DNA from: Candidatus Wukongarchaeum yapensis
GTDB taxonomy: Archaea > Asgardarchaeota > Wukongarchaeia > Wukongarchaeales > Wukongarchaeaceae
Direction: 5' to 3'
NCBI GenBank assembly: GCA_016840425.1
Contig: JAEOSI010000019.1
Span: forward strand, 1 to 18,539
Length of the DNA: 18,539 nt
A model generated the notes under the pieces. It saw only the letters and a program-made list of their open reading frames with translations. It searched no databases and was not told the origin of the DNA. Position numbers and translations under genes: made by a program. The first letter of the stretch is position 1. Every line of letters begins with the position of its first letter. Positions 1 to 6,738 of this stretch are shown here, one piece after another.

Positions 1-103
1 TGCATTTTCTTTTTCTGTTTGCTTTTTTAGGTTAGGTTTATTTGGTGTTTTTGCGTATTTTTAAGACGGATTAATTGTGGTTTTTTGATTTTTTGGGGGT
101 TTT

Positions 104-2092
104 TTGGTTTTGTGTGTTTTTGAGGTTGTTCGAAAGGATGTTGGTGGTAGGTTTGGTAAGTTTGTGGTTAACGGAAAGGTTGTTAGGACTCCTGCTTTGT
201 TACCTGTTATTAATCCCAATCGTTTGATTGTTTCTCCACAGGAGTTAGAGAAGGATTTTGGGGCGGAGGTTTTGATTACTAATGCTTATATTATTTGGAG
301 GAATAAGGATTTGAGGGAGAGGGCGGAGGCTGAGGGTATTCACAAGTTTTTGGATTTTGGAGGGGTTGTTTTTACTGATAGTGGTGCTTATCAGGCGATG
401 AGGGGTAAGGAGTTGGAGGTTAGTAATCGGGAGATTGTTTTGTTTCAGGAGAAGATTAATCCTGATGTTGGGATTTTTTTGGATGCTCCTACGGGGGATG
501 TGGGTTATGTAGAGGCTGAGAGGACTGTTTTTGATACGATCGAGAGAGCTAAGGAGTGTAAGGAGTTAACTGGAGATTCTAAGATTTTTTGGGCTTGCCC
601 TGTTCAGGGGGGTGTTTATCCTGATCTTGTTTCTTACTGTGCTGAAGAGGTAGGTGGTTTGGGTTTTGATGTTTATTGTGTGGGTTCTTTGGTGACGCGT
701 CTTGAGGCTTATGAGTTTGGCGTGGTTTGTGAGCAGTTGTTGTCTGCGAGGTTTAGTTTGCCTTTTAATAGACCTTTGCATGGTTTTGGTATTGGATTGC
801 CTTCCTTTTTTTCTTTGTCTGTTGCTATTGGTTGTGATTTTTTTGATTCTGCTGCTTATGCTCTTTATGCTCAAAAGGGCAGATATATGAGTGTTCATGG
901 AACGTATTATTTGGCTGAGCTGGATGAATTCCCTTGCTCTTGCCCTCTTTGTGTTGATACTACTCCTGAGGAGGTTAGACGTTTTGATAAGGATGAGCGT
1001 GAGCGGTTTTTGGCTCGGCATAATCTTTATGTTAGTTTTGAGGAATTAAGGCTTGTTCGTCAGGCTATTCGTGAGGGATGGTTGTGGGAGTTGGTGCAGG
1101 AGCGTGCGAGGTCGCATCCTCGTTTGTTAGAGGCTTTTAATGTTTTTAAGCTGTATCCCGAGCTGGAACGTTTTGATCCTGTAACTAAGAAAAGCGCTTT
1201 TTTTTATTCTGGGCAGGAGTCTTTTTTGAGGACTGAAGTTAGTTCTTTTAGGCATCGTTTTTATGAAAATTATAGACCAGAAAAGGGAAGATCTTTGGTT
1301 GTTCTTCCTTATTCTGAGTCTAAGCCTTTTTCAAAATTTTATAATGTTTGGAATACTAAGGATATTCATTTTGCTGTTATGACTCCTTTTGTTTGCGTTC
1401 CTTTGGAACTTGAGAATGTTTATCCTGTTTCTCAGAATGTTTTTGTGCGAAACGATGTTTTGATTTATAAGGAAATGGAGGAGCAGTTTGGAGTGTTTTT
1501 AGATCGTTTTGGTAGTTATTATTATGATATCAAGGTGCTTTATGATGTTTCAAGTGTTAGGGGTTTTGTTAAATCTTTAAGACTAGAAAATAAGGGAAAG
1601 AAAGCGGGGGGTTCTGCATGGGATTATTTGTTGGATCTTAAGGGTTTGTTGAATTTTCAGTTTGGTTATCCTGCTGGTGATATTTTTGGGGAGAATGTTT
1701 TTGTTAGGTTGAGTAAGCGTACTGGTAAGATTAAGGAGATTTATGATGAAGAAAATCTTTTAGGGGTTTTAAGGATGGATGGACTCTTTATTCCTTCTGT
1801 TTATTGTGCTGAATTGTTGAAAAATGTTCTAGATTATCCGAAGAGACGTGTTGTGGTGGGTGATGATGAGGTGATTTCTTTTATAAGGGCTGGTCGTTCT
1901 GTTTTTGTGAAATTTGTTGAGAATTGTGATCCTAAGATACGTCCAAAGGAGGAAGTTTTAATTGTTGATAAAAGTGATCGTTTGGTAGGCGTGGGTACGT
2001 CGTTTCTTTCGGCTGAGGAGTTGTTAAGTTTTGATAGGGGGGTAGGTGTTAAAACAAGAAGTACTATTAGAGAGGAGAAAAAATCTTATTGA
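104..2092 (+). CDS. tgtA: Archaeosine tRNA-guanine(15) transglycosylase (ArcTGT) with C-terminal PUA domain
   Basis: Motifs RTPALLPVINP, FTDSGAYQ (catalytic Asp), VQGG, HGFG, FDSAAY, Zn site CSCPLC...ARHNL, C-terminal PUA-like region (RAGRSVFVKFV...IRPKEEVLIV...GVGVKTR). Exact TTG start uncertain. Confidence 0.95.
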   Translation: MVLCVFEVVRKDVGGRFGKFVVNGKVVRTPALLPVINPNRLIVSPQELEKDFGAEVLITNAYIIWRNKDLRERAEAEGIHKFLDFGGVVFTDSGAYQAMRGKELEVSNREIVLFQEKINPDVGIFLDAPTGDVGYVEAERTVFDTIERAKECKELTGDSKIFWACPVQGGVYPDLVSYCAEEVGGLGFDVYCVGSLVTRLEAYEFGVVCEQLLSARFSLPFNRPLHGFGIGLPSFFSLSVAIGCDFFDSAAYALYAQKGRYMSVHGTYYLAELDEFPCSCPLCVDTTPEEVRRFDKDERERFLARHNLYVSFEELRLVRQAIREGWLWELVQERARSHPRLLEAFNVFKLYPELERFDPVTKKSAFFYSGQESFLRTEVSSFRHRFYENYRPEKGRSLVVLPYSESKPFSKFYNVWNTKDIHFAVMTPFVCVPLELENVYPVSQNVFVRNDVLIYKEMEEQFGVFLDRFGSYYYDIKVLYDVSSVRGFVKSLRLENKGKKAGGSAWDYLLDLKGLLNFQFGYPAGDIFGENVFVRLSKRTGKIKEIYDEENLLGVLRMDGLFIPSVYCAELLKNVLDYPKRRVVVGDDEVISFIRAGRSVFVKFVENCDPKIRPKEEVLIVDKSDRLVGVGTSFLSAEELLSFDRGVGVKTRSTIREEKKSY

Positions 2093-2174
2093 CATTTAAT
2101 AATTAATTTGCATAATCGCAATACGCTTTTTAATTTTTCATGTTAGTTTTTTGTTGACAACTTTTTTTGTTTTT

Positions 2175-2687
2175 TTAAAAGTTGAACGGTCTTTGTCTTG
2201 TTTTTGTTCGGACAAATCCTCTCATGATTGAGGTTATTGGGAATTTTATGAAGATTGCTGTGACTCCTACTTGGAAAAATTGGGGGATTATTACCCTTAG
2301 TCTGTATTCGGATTCGTTGCTCCAGGATGTGGGTAATATGACGATTTCTTTGACTTCTTCTTTAGTTTTTTGGCATTTTATGGTTAGTTCTAGTCCGTCT
2401 ATTATTCTTTCGGGAAATCTTTCTTTGTTACACAGGATTACTAAGAGCTCTTTGCACCCTTCTTTTTTACCTGGGATTTGATTCCATTCTATTTTCTTTT
2501 CGAAGAAGGAACTTTTAAAGCAATTTTTAACGCCTTCTGTTAGGTCTTTAATCGTTTTTAAGGGTTTTTTATACTGTGAAAAAAATTTTTCCATCCTTCT
2601 ATGGCCATATAACTCTTTTAGTTTTTCTGCAAATTGCGGCGGTGGGTTTCTTATGTCGAATTCTTCAAAGGATTGCCACCAAGTCAT
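2175..2687 (-). CDS. Hypothetical protein (about 170 aa)
   Basis: Open frame from the track (2175..2702). ATG at 2687 follows an SD-like GGATGGTG (rc of 2693-2700) and is the more likely start. No family recognised. Confidence 0.6.
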   Translation of the reverse strand: MTWWQSFEEFDIRNPPPQFAEKLKELYGHRRMEKFFSQYKKPLKTIKDLTEGVKNCFKSSFFEKKIEWNQIPGKKEGCKELLVILCNKERFPERIIDGLELTIKCQKTKEEVKEIVILPTSWSNESEYRLRVIIPQFFQVGVTAIFIKFPITSIMRGFVRTKTRQRPFNF

Positions 2688-2726
2688 TAAAACACCATCC
2701 AAAAGAACAAAAAATAGGAAGAAATT

Positions 2727-2759
2727 GTTTATATTTTGTTTATATTTTGTTTATATTTT
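2727..2759. repeat. Three perfect tandem copies of the 11-mer GTTTATATTTT
   Basis: Read directly: units at 2727-2737, 2738-2748, 2749-2759. Confidence 0.9.
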
Positions 2760-2865
2760 TATACGTTTATTTTAAAAGTTAAGTCCTTATTCGCTTTTAA
2801 AATGGATAGAATGGTTTGAAAGGTAAAGTTTTATTTATTAAGTCCTTTATTAAATTTGAAAATAT

Positions 2866-3102
2866 ATGGAAAAAAAAGAGAATTATTATAAAGGTAAGAA
2901 AGCTGCAATGATTAGCGTGACCTTAGACATAATAGATCTTATCTCTATTATTTCTGGAATAATTTTGGATTCTCTCATTATTTGGCGGTGAGAAAAAGCT
3001 CTAGAACGAGGAAATACGACGGGAAAAATTGGCATAATCCTTGGAATCTTCGATATTAATCTGTTTATTTATTTCATTCATTATCCTGTGTTTTTTAGTT
3101 GA
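2866..3102 (+). pseudogene. Small two-TM membrane protein ORF interrupted by one in-frame TGA (2989-2991)
   Basis: Manual translation: MEKKENYYKGKKAAMISVTLDIIDLISIISGIILDSLIIWR*EKALERGNTTGKIGIILGIFDINLFIYFIHYPVFFS*. The hydrophobic-loop-hydrophobic pattern continues across the stop. Confidence 0.45.
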
Positions 3103-3118
3103 AAAATTTGAAGAAATT

Positions 3119-3154
3119 AAAGGGGGGAAATAAGGGTTATAACCCCCTTTTTTT
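3119..3154. terminator. GC-stem hairpin with T-tract between convergent ORFs (probable terminator)
   Basis: AAAGGGGG...CCCCCTTTTTTT; also contains the palindrome GGGTTATAACCC (3134-3145). Lies just past the ferredoxin stop and past the + strand membrane ORF. Confidence 0.55.
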
Positions 3155-3172
3155 GAGCTTCTTTCGTTTATT

Positions 3173-3394
3173 TTAACAGGAACTGTGTTCGATTGCTTCT
3201 GTGGGGCAAGCGTCTACGCATTTGCAGCATTCTGTGCAGTCGTCGATGTTTTTGGGTACCGCTTTTCCTTCTACAAGTTCGTATATGTCTTCAGGACAAA
3301 CATCTACACATTCAGCGTGACCTTCGCATTTGTCGTAATCGATCATTATATCAATATCTAACTCGTCTGAATGCCATGTTTTTACATTTGCCAT
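3173..3394 (-). CDS. Dicluster-type (2x[4Fe-4S]) ferredoxin
   Basis: CEGHAECVDVCP and CTECCKCVDACP motifs; SD GGTGAT at 3406-3401. Confidence 0.95.
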   Translation of the reverse strand: MANVKTWHSDELDIDIMIDYDKCEGHAECVDVCPEDIYELVEGKAVPKNIDDCTECCKCVDACPTEAIEHSSC

Positions 3395-3643
3395 TTTTTA
3401 ATCACCACTCTTTTTTTACAGTTCTTTTGTGTGTTTTTTTTCTTTTTGACCATCAGGCGTCTAAAATTAGCATAAAAAGTTTATATCTTTTTTTGTATGA
3501 TTTCATTTCATTTAAAAAGTTTATTTTGATAATAGTTTTTAATTTAATCATCTTGTCAATCTATTATTATGGTGAAACTGAAATTTTTTTGCGTAATAGT
3601 AATTTTTATAGCATTTTTTCTCCTGTGGAAAATTTTTTCGGTT

Positions 3644-3657
3644 CGAAAATCTTAAAT
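3644..3657 (+). promoter_or_regulatory. Putative BRE-TATA promoter of the Lrp/AsnC gene pair
   Basis: CGAAAAT-CTTAAAT about 50 nt upstream of the TTG start, with an SD-like GAGGGTGG before the start. Confidence 0.45.
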
Positions 3658-3707
3658 CTTATTGGTCTTAAAATAAGAAGCTAAATTGTTTTTTTTGAGG
3701 GTGGTTT

Positions 3708-3944
3708 TTGATCTTGTATTCTTGTATGCTTGTTGAGTGTGAAGGTGGGGTTTTTAAGAAGGTTATAAAAGAGTTTGAAAAACTTGAAGGCGTGAAAGAA
3801 GCTTTTACTTGTACTGGTCGTTTTGATATAGTGGTTTTGTTAGAGTTAAAGGATTTAAAGTCTGTAGGTGAGCTTGTTTTGAAAGCTCACGATATCCTTG
3901 GTGTAAAACGTGTTGAAACTTTAGTGGAGGTTCCAGGGGAATAA
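3708..3944 (+). CDS. Stand-alone Lrp/AsnC ligand-binding (RAM) domain protein
   Basis: Pattern LEGVKEAFTCTGRFDIVVLLE...ILGVKRVETLV; no N-terminal HTH. Confidence 0.88.
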   Translation: MILYSCMLVECEGGVFKKVIKEFEKLEGVKEAFTCTGRFDIVVLLELKDLKSVGELVLKAHDILGVKRVETLVEVPGE

Positions 3945-3946
3945 GA

Positions 3947-4174
3947 ATGACTAAAGGTTGTATTCTTGTAAGGTTTAAATCTGGGATGGTCCCTCAAGCT
4001 TTTGAAGCTATAAAACAGATAGATAAAGTAAAAGTTGCTTTTTTAGTCTTTGGTCAATGGGATGCTGTTGTTTTTACAGAAACGCCTGACTCAGTCTCTA
4101 TGGTTCAAATTGTTATAAAAATTAACAGTATAGAGGGGGTAAAATCTACAGAATCTCTTTTAGAAATACCTTAA
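3947..4174 (+). CDS. Second stand-alone Lrp/AsnC ligand-binding domain protein
   Basis: IDKVKVAFLVFGQWDAVVF...IEGVKSTESL; starts 2 nt after the previous stop. Confidence 0.85.
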   Translation: MTKGCILVRFKSGMVPQAFEAIKQIDKVKVAFLVFGQWDAVVFTETPDSVSMVQIVIKINSIEGVKSTESLLEIP

Positions 4175-4228
4175 AATTTCTACCTTTCCACACCTTTTCG
4201 TTTTTTTAGTTTTAAGACAGTTTGGTTT

Positions 4229-4954
4229 TTATCCGAGTTTTTTGCCTATTTTTTGGGCTTTTTCGAAGAGTTTTAACGCTTCTTCTTTTTTCCCTTCCTT
4301 TTTAAGAATTATTGTTTTTCTATACAGTGCTTCCGCATTTTCTGGGTCTATTTCTAATAATTTTTCAAAACATTTAAGGGCTTCTTCTGTTTTTTCCATA
4401 GTTTCTAATGTTAATCCTTTATTGTACAAGATTTTTGGACTTTCTGGCTTTATTGTAAGGGCTTTTTCGAAGAGTTTTAACGCTTCTTTTGGATTTCCTA
4501 ACCTCCTTAGAGCTGCTCCTTTGTTTACTAACGCTTTTATGTATGCTGGCTCTATTTTAAGGGTATTGTCAAAACATTCAAGCGCTTTTTCAATCTCCCC
4601 AATAGCCCCGTGAATTACCCCTTTATTATACCATGCTTCTACATCCTTTGGATCTATTTCTAGGACTTTTTCAAGGCATTTTATCGCTTCTCTTGGCATT
4701 CCTATTTCATCCAATAAGATTGCGACGTTCATCCATGCTGCTGTATTTTGGGGTTCTATTTTTATGACTTCTTTGAAGCTTTTTATCGCTTCTCCTGTTT
4801 CTTCTAGTTCATTTTGAGTTATCGCTTTTCCAAACCATGCTTTTGCGTTTTCTGGGTCTTTTTCTAACACTTTTCCAAAAAGTTTTAAGGCTTCTTTAAG
4901 TCCTCCTTTTTCCAATAATTGCCATGCTTCTTCTTGGTTGTCTTTTTCTTGCAT
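4229..4954 (-). CDS. Tetratricopeptide repeat (TPR) protein
   Basis: Repeating 34-aa units (AWxNKG...G..EEAL.CF.KALEIDP). Confidence 0.92.
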   Translation of the reverse strand: MQEKDNQEEAWQLLEKGGLKEALKLFGKVLEKDPENAKAWFGKAITQNELEETGEAIKSFKEVIKIEPQNTAAWMNVAILLDEIGMPREAIKCLEKVLEIDPKDVEAWYNKGVIHGAIGEIEKALECFDNTLKIEPAYIKALVNKGAALRRLGNPKEALKLFEKALTIKPESPKILYNKGLTLETMEKTEEALKCFEKLLEIDPENAEALYRKTIILKKEGKKEEALKLFEKAQKIGKKLG

Positions 4955-4972
4955 TTTATTTTTCCTTCATTT

Positions 4973-5737
4973 TTATCCGTATTCTTGAAAGACGTAATAG
5001 AGGAGGGTTGGATTTAGCTTGAAGGCATGCATAATACATGCATCTGCTTCTTTTGTTTTTCCTAATTCTTCTAGGGCTCTTCCTTTGTTGTACCATGCTT
5101 CTGCAAAGTTTGGGTCTATCTCTATGGCCTTGTCGAAACATTCTATCGCTTTTTCTATATCCCCCTCTCTTCTTAGAAATTCTCCTTTGTTTATCCATGA
5201 TTGTATATGTTTTGGGTTTATTTTTAGGGCTTTATTGTAGCTTTTAATCTCTTCTTCTTTCATTCCAAGCATGTTATATGCTACCCCTTTACAATACCAT
5301 GCATCTTCAAAGTTTTCATTTATTTCTAGGGCTTTATCGTAATATATTAAAGCTTCTTTTGGGTTTTTCATACAACACAAAACGTTTCCATGCTGTAACA
5401 TTGCTTCCGTGAAGTCTGGTTTGAATTTTATAGCATTCTTTAAGCTCTCTTTAGCTTTCTCAATTTCGCCTTTTGTATAATGTATTAAACCTTTCCAGTA
5501 CCATATTTCTGGCTGTTTTTGGTCTATTTCTAGGGCTTTTTCATAGCATCTAAGTTCTTCTTTTGTTTTTCCGAGGGAACGCATCACTACTGCTTTTAAT
5601 TTCCAGGCTTTTATCAAACGAGGTTCAGTTTCTATTGCTTGGTCAAAGCACTCTATAGCTTCAATTATTCTTCCTTTATCATACTCTTCTATTCCTTTTT
5701 CGACGAGATCTTCTGCTGTTCTTTCTATTTCATTCAT
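4973..5737 (-). CDS. TPR protein
   Basis: Units such as AWYCKGVAY, SWINKGEFL, AWYNKGRAL, CFDKAIEIDP. Confidence 0.92.
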   Translation of the reverse strand: MNEIERTAEDLVEKGIEEYDKGRIIEAIECFDQAIETEPRLIKAWKLKAVVMRSLGKTKEELRCYEKALEIDQKQPEIWYWKGLIHYTKGEIEKAKESLKNAIKFKPDFTEAMLQHGNVLCCMKNPKEALIYYDKALEINENFEDAWYCKGVAYNMLGMKEEEIKSYNKALKINPKHIQSWINKGEFLRREGDIEKAIECFDKAIEIDPNFAEAWYNKGRALEELGKTKEADACIMHAFKLNPTLLYYVFQEYG

Positions 5738-5800
5738 TTTAATCCCCTATTTCCTTGACTACCACTTAAATTGTTTGTGCCCTGTGTAGTTTTTGATTTG

Positions 5801-6247
5801 TTAAATTAGGCTCATCATGTGTCCATAATAGCTTGGATCTATTTGAACTGCTTGTCTTAAACATTCTGAAGCTTCTTTATCCCTCCCCAATAGGTGGAGT
5901 GAGAGGCCTTTTGTAAACCATGCTTTTGCGCTTTTTAGGTCTTTTTCTAAGACTTTTTCCGCATGTTCTAATGCTTCTTTTGGTTTTCCCATGATCGCTA
6001 ACACTAGTCCTTTATTTGTTAATGCTTCAAGATTTTCTGGGTCTATTTCTAATACTTTGGAGAAATAGGGCAAAGCTTTTTTTTCTTTTCCCATGGCAAT
6101 TAACGTGTTGCCCTTGTTTATAAGAGCCTCTACCGAGTTTGAGTCTGTTTTTAACGCTTTGTCAAAACATTTTAGCGCATCTTTCATTTTTCCCAGTTCT
6201 TGGAATTCTAATCCTTTTCTGATCAATTCTTTAGTGCTTTCACTCAC
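5801..6247 (-). CDS. TPR protein (about 4 repeats)
   Basis: ALINKGNTL, ALTNKGLVL, AWFTKGLSL units; GTG start. Confidence 0.9.
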   Translation of the reverse strand: MSESTKELIRKGLEFQELGKMKDALKCFDKALKTDSNSVEALINKGNTLIAMGKEKKALPYFSKVLEIDPENLEALTNKGLVLAIMGKPKEALEHAEKVLEKDLKSAKAWFTKGLSLHLLGRDKEASECLRQAVQIDPSYYGHMMSLI

Positions 6248-6534
6248 TCTTTAAGCCTCTTTAATTTTTAATCTTTAAACAAGACCTTTTAGCTTATTTT
6301 TTGGCCTTTCATTTCCGATTAAATGCTTTTATTTTGAAAACCTAATCTAGTAATGTCTTTTAAACCCTCTTTTTTATTTTTTTAAAATTTAGCTTTCGTA
6401 AAATACGTTTTCAATTAAAAATTCCCTACTTTACTTTTATTTTTCGTATCCCAGTAATAAAAAAAACTTAGAAGTAAAAATTTAACCAAAATTTGGCTTG
6501 TTTTTAACATAGATTCCTTCCTATATCCCTCATC

Positions 6535-6718
6535 TGCGGGTTAGAAATTGATAGAGACTATGATTTCGCCTTTTTTGTAGTCTTGAAAAAAGGTTTAGAA
6601 GTGTTAGGGCAGGGCCTGTCCGAATTTACGCCTGCAGACAGAACCTCTACCGAGAGAAATCCCGGCAAGTTCAGTTGTTGAAACAGGGAACTCCTTCCGC
6701 TAGGGAGGAGTAGTTCAC
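6535..6718 (+). mobile_element. tnpB: IS200/IS605-family remnant: decayed tnpB 3' end plus transposon right end (…TAGTTCAC)
   Basis: Frame 6535-6681 reads CGLEIDRDYDFAFFVVLKKGLEVLGQGLSEFTPAD…, matching the TnpB C-terminal CG-x3-DRD-x-NA…GL…GQG-x2-EFTP pattern (RuvC-III). A shifted frame gives RQVQLLKQGTPSAREE* (6663-6713). The element ends in a hairpin plus TTCAC (6714-6718). No start codon or upstream TnpB body found. Confidence 0.85.
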
Positions 6719-6738
6719 CTATCTGCTCTATTGCTTGC
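6604..6738 (+). ncRNA. Putative TnpB reRNA (omegaRNA) scaffold plus predicted 3' guide
   Basis: Hairpins GGGCAG/CTGTCC (6607-6621), CTCT/AGAG (6645-6656), ACTCCTTCC/GGGAGGAGT (6690-6711, one G-U pair). Possible TGAA/TTCA and CCTG/CAGG long-range pairs. Guide = flank 6719-6738 CTATCTGCTCTATTGCTTGC. Ends and expression are inferred. Confidence 0.6.

Noticed and set aside
566-1021. Track ORFs overlapping tgtA (566..1021 -, 702..890 +)
   Set aside because: Shadow frames of a well-supported gene, favoured by its extreme G/T bias; no motifs.
2182-2782. Plus-strand ORFs 2182..2481 and 2576..2782
   Set aside because: Antisense to the 170-aa ORF or running through the T-rich repeat; no recognisable features.
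3193-3684. 163-aa plus-strand ORF
   Set aside because: Antisense to the ferredoxin and extends through an AT-rich promoter region.
4229-6247. Diversity-generating retroelement or CRISPR interpretation of the repeats
   Set aside because: No reverse transcriptase, no long template/variable pair differing at adenines, and no regularly spaced repeat-spacer array anywhere in the window.
6481-6496. TTTAA followed by CCAAAATTTGG as a possible IS left end
   Set aside because: The hairpin is tiny and TTTAA is very common here; not supportable without an empty-site comparison.
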